Positions 9,417-19,079 of a DNA stretch of 64,000 nucleotides are shown piece by piece. The position numbers and the translations under genes are program-made. Positions within the stretch are counted from its first letter, which is position 1. The number at the start of each line of letters is the position of its first letter. The DNA is from a virus. Its lineage: Duplodnaviria > Heunggongvirae > Uroviricota > Caudoviricetes. The notes below the pieces were generated by a model. That model did not search any database. It was not told the origin of the DNA and was given only the letters and a program-made list of their open reading frames with translations. The stretch lies in the IMG/VR virus record IMGVR_UViG_3300028603_000003. One strand, written 5' to 3'.

Positions 9417-10408
9417 TCACACAAAAACTAAAACAAGACATTGTAGCGATTCTAGAAAACAAATTTGAAGAAGACGTTAGCGTTAGAAAGGTCGCAGTAG
9501 AAAAGTCTGACCAACTGATGAAGAAATTCGATACTCCCGAAGGAACCTATTGGTTTTATCAGAAAAGGAATCTTAGGTCTAACGACAAAGACAAGATTTA
9601 CTACTTGTTGGATAATCGTGGAAATTCTATTAAGACTTGGAAGAACTCCGATCTAGACTCTATAAAGAACGATTTGAAGAAGCTTCTTCGTTTGTCTGAA
9701 GAGGTCTTGGACGAAGACTTTCGCAGTATGGCTATCGGTGCAGCCGGTCTTGGTCTTGGGGCAATCGGTGCCTATCAAATGATGGACAAAGAACCTCCGA
9801 AAGAACCGACACCGCAAGTAAGGCAGGTTCAGCAAGGGGATATCAAGAAGCCGGAACTCAAAGCCCCTGTAGCCAAGAAAAATGTGCTATCTGGAGCAAT
9901 TGATTCTCTGTCTGAGATGGAGAAATACTTCGTAAAGAAAGCAATTCAAAACGGGATCGAAGGCGTCGAGCTAGTGGCGTTCTTGGCACAAGTCGCCCAC
10001 GAGACAGGAAATTTTTCTTCTATGGTTGAACAAGGTCCGAAGAAATACTTTAGAAGATACGAACCAAAATGGAATCCTCAAACCGCCAAGATTCTCGGCA
10101 ACGTCAAACCCGGAGATGGTGAAAGATTTAAAGGAAGATCATTTGTTCAACTAACGGGTAGAGATAACTACCGAAGAGCGGGACAAGCACTTGGACTTCC
10201 ACTAGAACAAAAGCCACATCTATTAGAGAATCCTTCAGTTGGATTCAAGGCTTCTTTGTGGTATTGGAACACTAGAGTTAAATCTAAGACAAACAACTTC
10301 GAAGATATTGAACAAGTCACCAAACTAATCAACGGTGGGTTGAACGGGTTGGAAGATAGAAAGCGAAAATTCGAAAAGTACCTGTCACTACTAGAACCTT
10401 CTAAGTAG
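9380..10408 (+). CDS. glycoside hydrolase family 19 endolysin (chitinase-like lysozyme)
   Basis: GH19 catalytic signatures FLAQVAHETGNF and GRSFVQLTGRDNYRRAGQALGL...KASLWYW. N-terminal hydrophobic stretch MAIGAAGLGLGAIGAY. The true start may be internal. Confidence 0.75.
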   Translation: MGSATTTRNTTVITQKLKQDIVAILENKFEEDVSVRKVAVEKSDQLMKKFDTPEGTYWFYQKRNLRSNDKDKIYYLLDNRGNSIKTWKNSDLDSIKNDLKKLLRLSEEVLDEDFRSMAIGAAGLGLGAIGAYQMMDKEPPKEPTPQVRQVQQGDIKKPELKAPVAKKNVLSGAIDSLSEMEKYFVKKAIQNGIEGVELVAFLAQVAHETGNFSSMVEQGPKKYFRRYEPKWNPQTAKILGNVKPGDGERFKGRSFVQLTGRDNYRRAGQALGLPLEQKPHLLENPSVGFKASLWYWNTRVKSKTNNFEDIEQVTKLINGGLNGLEDRKRKFEKYLSLLEPSK

Positions 10409-10445
10409 TTGTTAATGTTAACAACAAATTTATCGATAGACAAAA

Positions 10446-12860
10446 ATGAAGAATTTCAAATCCCTGCTTTCAGAACTAAGCAATAATGCACCAAAAGAAG
10501 CTGTGTTCACCTTTGGAAGATTCCAAGGTCTGACTATCGGCCACGAAAAGCTTTTGGACTCTCTATTCGCACAACCGGGCGATCACTTTGTTTTTATATC
10601 CCAGACAAAGGATGATCAGAAAAACCCACTGACGGCAGAGGATAAGAAGAAGTTTCTTGTTGCTGCATACCCAGAAAACAAAAAGTCTTTCTCCATCGAG
10701 TATAGGACTCCCTTTGACGCGCTACAGTCTTTGATTGAAAGGGGCTACACTAAAATCAAGATGATCGTCGGCGAAGATCGAGTAGAGACTTTTAAATCAT
10801 CTTTCGACGGATTCGATTTTCCTGTCGAAGTTAAATCCGCTGGCGATAGATCAGAAGACGGAAGCAAAGTTGAACAGGCAAACGGACAGGCGATTCGCGA
10901 TCTGGCGCGTGCTGGAGCACTAAAGGATTTCAATAACCTTGCAATGTCAAAGCTAGACTCTGACAAGAAGCTAGCGATGTTCAACGAAATCAGAAAGGCT
11001 TACGGAAAAGATTCTGTAAAGATTTCAAAGGCAGAGCAGGTAAGAGAGGATTACGTTGCCGGAAAGATTTTTAATCTTGGGGATTATGTCTCAGAGGGAA
11101 CAGAACAATTCAAGATCATAGATAGAGGGTCTAACTATGTGAGGGTTGTAAACCGTGAAGGTAGGGTTTCTAGAAAGTGGCTAACAGACATCGAACCTCA
11201 CCGGCCAGCAGAGAAAACCTTCGCAGAATCGTTTAAACCCGCTTCGAAGGACTCAGTCTTCACCGTTAATGGCTACACACCAAAGTTCCACTCAAAGGCT
11301 CCTGTGCGGGCTTTTGAGAAGTCTATGGACGTGCAAGACCAGTATGCATTGTTGGAAGCGGTAAAGGAAACCGAAAAGCTGTTCAATTCCCTATCGCTCA
11401 AAGAAATGTATTCTGCATTCCAAAGATCAGGAGAGTTTTTGGAGAAGCTTGGTGTGGTTGAACTACATGAATATCGGAAGAGTTTTGAAACTGATATTGC
11501 CAAAAAACTGATCGAAAACGTTTCTTCAATTGGCGAAGTCTTCGATCACGACAAAGAAAAAATTGTGCAGTTCTTCGCAGACTTGGTTGGTGTAAATAAA
11601 AACCTAACTTTGGAATCAACAATCCAAAGATGCGTCAACAAAATTAATAACTGCGTTCTAAGCGAAGCAGAAAAATCTGTGTTTGTGCAGATCATTGACC
11701 TATTGATTTCGGAAGGCTTTGAGTTTGATTTCTACAGCCTAAAGTTTATTCGAGAGTGCTCAGTAGAAGAGGGAACCGACAGAGACTTGTTGTTGTTTGC
11801 GGATCAACTCATCGAGGGCATGACATTCGAAGACATTGTCCCCCTGTACGAAGAGAAAGACTTTGTAATCATTACCGAAGCATTTGGTAGGAAGACTGTA
11901 AAGGTTGAACAGCCACTAGACGACAGAAAGATTCAGCGCAAGGCTAAACAGATCGCAGTTCAATACATGAAGCAAAGGAAGTCTAGAAAAGCCGTTGACC
12001 AGTTGACGACTGCTGAGAAAAAGAAGATTGAAGAAATCGTCGGACAGAAGGGATCAATCCTGACAATGATTTCTAAGAAGCTTGGAAAGAAGATTAGAAA
12101 GATCGAAGCCGAAAGACTTCTGCCACCAGAACCTGTCACGCCACAAGAGCTAGTAAAGGAAGAAGCTGGTGAAGAGTACGTCGGTATCCACTATGGCAAG
12201 ACTCCGGGTGTAGGCTCTCTGTCTGGAAGTATGTGGGGCACAGGGGCCAAGGGCGCAGAGAAGGAAAGAGTTATGAACTCTTCTGACAAACGGCTGCGCA
12301 AAAGGGTCTACTTCTATCTTCAACAAACTCCCAACACACTACCAAAGCCAGAGGCAGAGGTAAGTGGAGTTCACGTATATAGAGCAAAGCTGAATAACAT
12401 CTATGATGCTACAAACGATCCAGAAGGAATTTTGAAAAGACGCAAACCCGGAACAGATTTGGAGACTGCAATTCTAGACGCGGGATACGACGGCTATCTA
12501 AACAGAGAGTTCATGGGTGGCGCGATTGTTGTTTTGAATAAGGACAAAGTAGATGTTGATTACCTCGGAACAAGAAGTGAAGCGCAGGAGAAGGTTGGAC
12601 CTATTACAGCACCTAACCAAGAAATCAGAAACTCAGGAATCAAAAAGTCAAACACTCCAGCAATCATCGACTTCAGACAAACAAGAGATGGATTCGAATC
12701 TGGATTGCTCAAAGGCGACGAATCACTATTCTTGATTAAGAACAAGAAAGAGATGGCTGAAAGATTCCCTTCATATGACATGAGAATGGGTAGAGCATTC
12801 TTCTCAAACGAGACTGAAAAGGATGAGTTTGTAGAATGGTACAGAAAAATAAATGGCTAG
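10446..12860 (+). CDS. 804-aa protein with N-terminal HIGH-motif nucleotidyltransferase (NMN/cytidylyl-transferase-like) domain and an uncharacterised 600-aa extension
   Basis: FTFGRFQGLTIGHEKLL matches the G-x-F-x-x-x-H-x-G-H signature of NMNAT/CTP-transferase-fold enzymes. No motif recognised in the remainder. Confidence 0.5.
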   Translation: MKNFKSLLSELSNNAPKEAVFTFGRFQGLTIGHEKLLDSLFAQPGDHFVFISQTKDDQKNPLTAEDKKKFLVAAYPENKKSFSIEYRTPFDALQSLIERGYTKIKMIVGEDRVETFKSSFDGFDFPVEVKSAGDRSEDGSKVEQANGQAIRDLARAGALKDFNNLAMSKLDSDKKLAMFNEIRKAYGKDSVKISKAEQVREDYVAGKIFNLGDYVSEGTEQFKIIDRGSNYVRVVNREGRVSRKWLTDIEPHRPAEKTFAESFKPASKDSVFTVNGYTPKFHSKAPVRAFEKSMDVQDQYALLEAVKETEKLFNSLSLKEMYSAFQRSGEFLEKLGVVELHEYRKSFETDIAKKLIENVSSIGEVFDHDKEKIVQFFADLVGVNKNLTLESTIQRCVNKINNCVLSEAEKSVFVQIIDLLISEGFEFDFYSLKFIRECSVEEGTDRDLLLFADQLIEGMTFEDIVPLYEEKDFVIITEAFGRKTVKVEQPLDDRKIQRKAKQIAVQYMKQRKSRKAVDQLTTAEKKKIEEIVGQKGSILTMISKKLGKKIRKIEAERLLPPEPVTPQELVKEEAGEEYVGIHYGKTPGVGSLSGSMWGTGAKGAEKERVMNSSDKRLRKRVYFYLQQTPNTLPKPEAEVSGVHVYRAKLNNIYDATNDPEGILKRRKPGTDLETAILDAGYDGYLNREFMGGAIVVLNKDKVDVDYLGTRSEAQEKVGPITAPNQEIRNSGIKKSNTPAIIDFRQTRDGFESGLLKGDESLFLIKNKKEMAERFPSYDMRMGRAFFSNETEKDEFVEWYRKING

Positions 12861-13698
12861 AAAGTTAATCGAAAAAACATGCGCAGAGTGTGGGAGCCTG
12901 TACTCTACTAGATTAAAAACGGAGTGCTGCTCAAAATCTTGTGCTAATAGAAAGTCTGCGAGAGATAGGAAACTTACAATCGATCCTGACAGTGGCTTAA
13001 CTCTGACAGAGCTTTATCATAAAAGATCAGTAGAATCTTTGCGAGAGACATATTATGGGAGCGAATCTCACAAGAATGCTGCAAGACAAAATATTTTAAA
13101 AATGGACAGAGCAGAGGCAACAGCCAAGGCGACAGAAACTAAATCCAAGGTGGATGAAGACGGGTTAACCTTGGCACAAAAGTCCACCCAAAAAGCTATA
13201 AAAACTAAAATAGCTAATGGCATGATAGTATGCGCAGAACAAGTAGAACCATTCTATAAATACACAAGAGAAGTAAGGGTCATGACAGAGAGAAACCTAA
13301 AGAGTTGGTCTGTGGATAGACTCGAACAGCGAGGCAGGCACACGTATCATGCAGACCACATCTATAGCATCTTTGATGGCTACCACAACAATGTGCCACC
13401 AGAAGTAATAGCCAATATTAAAAACATTAGGTTAATACCTGCTAAAGAAAATTTGCAAAAACAATCAAGAAGTGACATTAGTTTGATGGAGTTGTACAAG
13501 TTAGTTAACCAAAACTTTAACGAAACTGAAAATTTGGCTGAAGAACGGAAAGTTATTAAAGCTGCGCCTCACAGCCTTAATGGGAAGTCTTCGTGTAATG
13601 TGTGTGGTAAAATAACCAACCACGGAAACATAAAGAGATGGCACAATGAAAATTGCAGATTCTGGTCTTCACCAAAAGTTTCAGACTTAACAAAATAA
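12853..13698 (+). CDS. HNH endonuclease-like protein (free-standing homing endonuclease candidate)
   Basis: N-terminal Cys cluster CAECG...CCSKSC and HNH-like HADHIYSI...N...IRLIPAKEN. Confidence 0.5.
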   Translation: MARKLIEKTCAECGSLYSTRLKTECCSKSCANRKSARDRKLTIDPDSGLTLTELYHKRSVESLRETYYGSESHKNAARQNILKMDRAEATAKATETKSKVDEDGLTLAQKSTQKAIKTKIANGMIVCAEQVEPFYKYTREVRVMTERNLKSWSVDRLEQRGRHTYHADHIYSIFDGYHNNVPPEVIANIKNIRLIPAKENLQKQSRSDISLMELYKLVNQNFNETENLAEERKVIKAAPHSLNGKSSCNVCGKITNHGNIKRWHNENCRFWSSPKVSDLTK

Positions 13699-13713
13699 CA
13701 AGGATATCAAAAT

Positions 13714-15417
13714 ATGCTTATTCAGATTCTAGAAGAAGCAATGTCACACGAAGACATTCAAACTTGGGCAGAACTCCAATCATACGCTGGTTATGATGTG
13801 GAACTGACCATTAACGAAGATGTGGCTACTGTGGTCTTGGAGAGCAAGGGGGAGAAACAAAAAGTCCTTGCCAAGATCGAGAAGCCTCTCGAAGACGGGA
13901 AGACCCCTGAAGAGAAGAAAAAGAAAATCAAAGCAACTACTGTTGCTGACGAGGAAGGGTTAAAGGACATCGAAGTTAACGTTATCGGTTCACACTACAT
14001 TTACAACCACGGCAAGAAGCCAGCAGGTAATGGTAAGTGGGCTTTCGGTGTTGGCTCTCGCGAACCAAAAGACCTTTTGTTCTTTGATGGTGCCTATTCA
14101 CAAGTTTCCAAGCAAGCAGTCGAAGCTGCAAAGAAGAAAGCCAAAAAAGAAGGTAAGACTGCGGTTAAACTCTATGTCATGGAATCCAACGTTCCTTCCA
14201 TGGAAGTCGATTACAATATCTCAAAGACAGGCAAGCTAGTCGAGTGCAAGCTAAGTGTTGACGGAAAGTCTTCTGTAATTTCTGGGTTGAGCGAATCTGC
14301 TGTGGAAAAGAAGGCTCTAGAGTTAATCGAGAAAGTCGAAATTGAATTCTTGGAAGAGCGCAGTCTAACAAAGAAAGAAACAAAGAAAAAGGAAAAAGTC
14401 GTGAAGGGAATCAAGAAATCAGCAAAAGACATGAAGGCCCGTTACGGAAAAGATTGGAAGTCTGTAGCATATGGCGCAGCAACAAACATTGCCAAGAAGA
14501 GCAAACTAAAAGAGTCCTGTGACACAGAAAAAGAAGAACTTGAAGAAGCAAAAGAAAGAATCTTCAAGCTTTACTTCTTCGACAAAGACGAGCCACAAGA
14601 TGTCAGATCAGTCGAGGTTAGAGCAGAAAACCGCAAGGACGCGATGGACTATGTCTATTACAAGTTTGGTCCAGTCAGAATCCAGAGAGTTCAAGTTCTA
14701 GATGAAGCTGAAAATCCAGATGGTGTATTGATTGCTGAGCAAGTACAAACATTCGAAATTGAGTACGAAATGCAAAGCAACGACGGCACATCTAAGGGAA
14801 CCACAAAGTACAAAGCTCTGAGTGCTGGTGAGGCCCGGACAAGATTCCTAAAAGATAATCAAGGCAAGAGAGTTACTATTCGTAACGTTAGGCCCGCAAA
14901 GCCGGGTTTGAATGAGGCCGCAGGAGTTGCTATGGACGTTCATGACGTTGCAAAGCTTATTATGAGAGAAGCTTTGAAGTTTGCAAATGAAAGACTGTCA
15001 CAGAAACAAGACGACGAGTTTGATCGGGATACTGAACTAGAAGACGGCGTCAACGACTACCTTGACTTGGTTATGCATCATCTAGAAGACAACCGAGTAG
15101 AGTTGACCAGCCCAGAAGCAATCAAGTCTTACCTTGGCGAAGACTATGAATCTGGACAGTACGGGTCAAGTAAAGATGAAGTAATCGATAACCTAATTTC
15201 GAAATACCTAGATGGTGAAGAATCAGAAGAACTTCGCATTGCACTGTCAGACGCTTTCGAAGCTGGAGCAGAACTTGGAACAGGCTCGGAGCAAGAGTCC
15301 GAATGGGAATCTGAAGACATCGAAGAACTTGAAGATGAACCTAAAGAGAAGAAGGTTTCAGAGTCAACAGTCTCTATCTACGCCAAGCTAATTTCTCAAA
15401 ACAAAGCTAACATGTAA
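13714..15417 (+). CDS. hypothetical K/E-rich 567-aa protein with acidic C-terminus
   Basis: ORF with low-complexity charged regions. No motif recognised. Confidence 0.5.
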   Translation: MLIQILEEAMSHEDIQTWAELQSYAGYDVELTINEDVATVVLESKGEKQKVLAKIEKPLEDGKTPEEKKKKIKATTVADEEGLKDIEVNVIGSHYIYNHGKKPAGNGKWAFGVGSREPKDLLFFDGAYSQVSKQAVEAAKKKAKKEGKTAVKLYVMESNVPSMEVDYNISKTGKLVECKLSVDGKSSVISGLSESAVEKKALELIEKVEIEFLEERSLTKKETKKKEKVVKGIKKSAKDMKARYGKDWKSVAYGAATNIAKKSKLKESCDTEKEELEEAKERIFKLYFFDKDEPQDVRSVEVRAENRKDAMDYVYYKFGPVRIQRVQVLDEAENPDGVLIAEQVQTFEIEYEMQSNDGTSKGTTKYKALSAGEARTRFLKDNQGKRVTIRNVRPAKPGLNEAAGVAMDVHDVAKLIMREALKFANERLSQKQDDEFDRDTELEDGVNDYLDLVMHHLEDNRVELTSPEAIKSYLGEDYESGQYGSSKDEVIDNLISKYLDGEESEELRIALSDAFEAGAELGTGSEQESEWESEDIEELEDEPKEKKVSESTVSIYAKLISQNKANM

Positions 15418-15435
15418 TGTTTGCTGGCATGACGA

Positions 15436-15464
15436 AAATGGGGCCACTGGCCCCATTTTGTTTG
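15436..15464 (+). terminator. rho-independent terminator
   Basis: aaaatggggccactggccccatttt hairpin followed by a T-run. Confidence 0.55.
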
Positions 15465-15469
15465 AGAAG

Positions 15470-15477
15470 TATAAATA
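15470..15477 (+). promoter_or_regulatory. T4-type late promoter box TATAAATA
   Basis: Exact TATAAATA about 24 nt upstream of ATG 15501. Confidence 0.4.
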
Positions 15478-15500
15478 TTAGTAAAAGGAAGGGTATCTAA

Positions 15501-16820
15501 ATGCGCGTGGTAAATGAAGTAAAAATGTCTCCGTCCGTTTTCTCTAAAGGTCTAGTTACCGCTGGAGACAAGGGAGTTCTTATCGGATTTGAGTTTGAGG
15601 TTGGAGTTCCTTTGGATAACCAAGATGAACTCAACATTACCTCTTCTCGATGGACATATCTAAAAAGTATCCAAGAATTTCTGTCGTGGATCAAGGCTTC
15701 CGCAGACAGCGTAAGCGAGGACGTTGAGTTCGAAATCTCCGACGATTACACAAAGTGGGCCAAACAAAAGACAAAAGACTTTTTGGAGTCTCTTAGTGAA
15801 GATGGTTTGGACAAGCTAACATCTTTGTACGATGAAGTCTATGACAAACACTCATTGGTCAATATGACAAAGTTCGTAACATTGGGTGCGTCTACTGAAC
15901 TTCAAGCTAGACTGGCTGACTTTCTTGAGCTTAGTGAGTATGAAGAAACTGACGACTACCTTCTATTCATGGATCACATTGACGAAGTTACTAGATCGAA
16001 GCTAAACTCATTTGTTTCCGATTCCTATGGAAACATTGCTGGACTGTTTAAGAAATTTGGATTGAAATATTCGCCACAAGAAAAAGACGTTGACGATAGG
16101 TATCACTTGATTAAGAATTCTGTTAGGGATGTGACTCAAGCCGAGATTGCCAAGACACAAGTTCACGTCATTGACATCGCAAAGACAATTACAAAGAACC
16201 TCACAGACTGGTATATCGAACCAGACACAACGATTAGGCCGGACGACAAATTCAATTATACTGGAGCAGAAGTTGTCAGTCCTCCGCTTAAACCAAATGA
16301 AGCCATGGCAGCACTTGATTCATTCTATGCAGCATCCAAAAAACATGGATGGGTAACAAACAAATCAACCGGACTACACATCAACGTTTCTATTCCAGCC
16401 AAGATTGATGTTTTAAAGCTAACACTATTTTTGGGTGACAAGTATGTGTTGAAGTCATTTGGTAGAGAAGGTTCTGCGATGGCTCGCTCTGTTCTAGATG
16501 ATCTAGAGAAGGGAGCAGCGTTAGATAGCATTGTTGGTCTGACACCGGATAATATCAAGCGTCTTTCTCTGTCGGCAAAATACTTCGCAGATAACCACTA
16601 CGCATCTATTAGCTACGAAACAAACGTAGACACATTGAAAAAGAACAAGTATATCTCTTTCAGGCATGCTGGAGGGGACTACTTAAACGAGATGCAGAAG
16701 ATTAGAGATACGATTGGTAGGTTCGTTACAGCCATGATTATCGCTGCCGATCCAAATGCTTACAAAGAAGAGTACATGAAGAAACTTTATAAACTCGCAT
16801 CACCAAAGTCCGCTGAATAA
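15501..16820 (+). CDS. putative amidoligase-like protein, paralog 2
   Basis: GFEFEV, TGLHINVS and IAADPNAYKEEYMKKLYK motifs shared with ORF 6393..8264. Confidence 0.4.
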   Translation: MRVVNEVKMSPSVFSKGLVTAGDKGVLIGFEFEVGVPLDNQDELNITSSRWTYLKSIQEFLSWIKASADSVSEDVEFEISDDYTKWAKQKTKDFLESLSEDGLDKLTSLYDEVYDKHSLVNMTKFVTLGASTELQARLADFLELSEYEETDDYLLFMDHIDEVTRSKLNSFVSDSYGNIAGLFKKFGLKYSPQEKDVDDRYHLIKNSVRDVTQAEIAKTQVHVIDIAKTITKNLTDWYIEPDTTIRPDDKFNYTGAEVVSPPLKPNEAMAALDSFYAASKKHGWVTNKSTGLHINVSIPAKIDVLKLTLFLGDKYVLKSFGREGSAMARSVLDDLEKGAALDSIVGLTPDNIKRLSLSAKYFADNHYASISYETNVDTLKKNKYISFRHAGGDYLNEMQKIRDTIGRFVTAMIIAADPNAYKEEYMKKLYKLASPKSAE

Positions 16821-16866
16821 TTTTACCTAAATAGGTATAAACAAACCTTTTATAACAGGATACAAA

Positions 16867-17547
16867 ATGGATCGTCAAACACAAACCAGAGTATACGACG
16901 CGATTGCTCAGGTTCTGACCAATCAAGGCAGAATCAAAGAAGCAGTAGAAAGCGTGGTGTCAGAGAGAACTGACAAGTCAGGTCGTGACCTCTCTCAAGT
17001 AGAGTCAATGGAACGCTGGCTAAAGCCACTTAAAGAGCTTCTAGAAAGTTCGGTGTCGCCTAACGCTAAGCAACAGTTCATTCGTGAATACACAATGTGG
17101 GTTCGCTCTTTCGGACAGTTCTACTCAGCAGCAATCAAATCAAACCCCGGACTCGCAGAAGTATTCGGCACACTTGAAGATGCATTCAACATCCAAGTGA
17201 AAATCCAAAATGGAAAGACCACGAAGAACGCAAAGGATGTCAGAAAAGAATCTGTGATCAAGGAAGCAGAAGGCGACTCAGACGAGTTTGTTGACACTTT
17301 CATTGACATGATTCAAAAGATTCCTAGCTCTTCATTGAAGTCTCGTTTTGCATATCAGTTCGAGCGTTGGAAAAGAGAAAACCCAACTGAGGTTGCTCAA
17401 CTCGAAAGAAACTCACCCACTATTAATTCTTTCCTAGATAAAATTCTAACTACCATTAACCCAGATATCGACCAAGATGTTGCGGACACTGAAGTTCCTG
17501 CTGACGAAGTCGATGCAAATTCAGAAGTGCAAAACAAAGGAGTATAA
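16867..17547 (+). CDS. hypothetical protein
   Basis: ORF only. Confidence 0.45.
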   Translation: MDRQTQTRVYDAIAQVLTNQGRIKEAVESVVSERTDKSGRDLSQVESMERWLKPLKELLESSVSPNAKQQFIREYTMWVRSFGQFYSAAIKSNPGLAEVFGTLEDAFNIQVKIQNGKTTKNAKDVRKESVIKEAEGDSDEFVDTFIDMIQKIPSSSLKSRFAYQFERWKRENPTEVAQLERNSPTINSFLDKILTTINPDIDQDVADTEVPADEVDANSEVQNKGV

Positions 17548-17552
17548 CAAAA

Positions 17553-18056
17553 ATGTCAGCATGGACAAGAACCACACCCCCAACATGGTTTAGCACCGCA
17601 GTTGTCGGAAAAATGGGATGGGAAAATCCCACTACCGGAGAACTTTTGGTAGCAATCTCAAACCTACAAGCAAAGAACGCAGACGAAGTTGATCCAGTAA
17701 CAATCGTTGCAGTTACAGCAAATAACGAGCCTCTAGTTACTGGCGATTCACTGGTTGTAGTTGTACAGTTCAGCGAAGCAGTTGCCGTAATTGGAAGCCC
17801 AGAAATCGCTTTGACTGTTGGTGCAGAATCTCGGGTACTACAATTTGACTCTGCCAATTCTACGGCAACCCATGTCGCATTTAGCTACACTGTAGTTGAA
17901 GATGACGTAGCTGCGGCAGGGACAATTTCTGTGGACACTTCGATTGATCTCACAAACGGTGGAGTGTATGACATTCTTCCGGGCGGAGCACTAAGCCCAG
18001 TTGCGGCACCAATCACTTTCGTCGCACCCACAACGGCCCTAGTTTCTTTTAACTAA
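17553..18056 (+). CDS. hypothetical T/S/V-rich beta-type protein
   Basis: ORF with composition typical of Ig-like/structural accessory domains. Confidence 0.4.
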   Translation: MSAWTRTTPPTWFSTAVVGKMGWENPTTGELLVAISNLQAKNADEVDPVTIVAVTANNEPLVTGDSLVVVVQFSEAVAVIGSPEIALTVGAESRVLQFDSANSTATHVAFSYTVVEDDVAAAGTISVDTSIDLTNGGVYDILPGGALSPVAAPITFVAPTTALVSFN

Positions 18057-18070
18057 AATAAGAGTTTATA

Positions 18071-18532
18071 ATGTCTGGTCAGGTAAAATTTTCTTCAATG
18101 CCAGTGGCCCTATCCGTAAATGCGTCGGATAGGGTTCCACTACTCGTTCCTACAAGCAGCCATCAGAATCAAACAATCACAATTGAAAATTTGTTTGATG
18201 CTGTATCTGTGCCTGTAAGATTTACTGGACCTTTTGTTCATCAACAGGCACCAGACATTGTAAATTCAACTTCTGTTATTTCTCCAACTAGCAAATATGT
18301 TAGTTTGGAAAACTCAAGCGCGGCAGCGATCAATGTTAATCTAACTTCCGGCGTCGAAGGTCAAGAGGTTACATTCATTGCAAAGACTTTGACTTCTGAT
18401 GTTTACGTTTTTCCGGTTCAAAAAATTGGCTTCACTTCAATCAGATTTGCGTCTGTTGGCGCAACCGCAACACTAATATTCATTGGCTCGAATTGGGTAG
18501 TAAAGTCATATTACAATGCGATCATTAGTTGA
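18071..18532 (+). CDS. hypothetical S/T/V-rich protein
   Basis: ORF only. Confidence 0.4.
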   Translation: MSGQVKFSSMPVALSVNASDRVPLLVPTSSHQNQTITIENLFDAVSVPVRFTGPFVHQQAPDIVNSTSVISPTSKYVSLENSSAAAINVNLTSGVEGQEVTFIAKTLTSDVYVFPVQKIGFTSIRFASVGATATLIFIGSNWVVKSYYNAIIS

Positions 18533-18878
18533 TTATTACGATTCGGAATCCTACGTCGAGTTAGCCAAATTGGCATATGAGAGTCCCGAAACAAAAACAA
18601 TTGATGAATTTGTAGAAGACTTTTCTAGGTTTAAGTATGTCAAGAGGCTCATAAATAGGTATACAGAAACAGGAGAAGTCAAGGTTCAATTGATTTTGAA
18701 TCATTTGATTTTGATTTTCAATGTATTCCAAAAGGACGCTGCGGTTTATATATTAGTTGACAACAACAAAGAATCTGGACAAAAGGCACTAAAAACTTTT
18801 CTTTATTTTCTAAATCAGGTTGAAGTTTGCTACTCCGAACTGGACGACAAAATACTAAAAGAGTTAAACTCAATATGA
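18516..18878 (+). CDS. hypothetical protein
   Basis: ORF overlapping the upstream stop. Confidence 0.4.
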   Translation: MRSLVDYYDSESYVELAKLAYESPETKTIDEFVEDFSRFKYVKRLINRYTETGEVKVQLILNHLILIFNVFQKDAAVYILVDNNKESGQKALKTFLYFLNQVEVCYSELDDKILKELNSI

Positions 18879-19079
18879 GCACTAAAGATAATCTTGAAGA
18901 AGATGGCGAAGGCGGCGTTCCGACAGTCACAACATCTGCTATAGATTCTTCAACTCCGAGAATATACAAGAAAGATGCTAAACGATACAAAAGAAAAACG
19001 AAGCAGGCTTTCAAGGATTTCTACAAGGCTTCTAAAGGTAGCTAACTACTTCTTTGACCGATTAGCAGAAGCGAGCACA

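Noticed and set aside
13255-13262. Second exact TATAAATA late-promoter box.
   Set aside because: It lies inside the HNH ORF, about 450 nt from the next start, and is likely a chance occurrence in AT-rich sequence.
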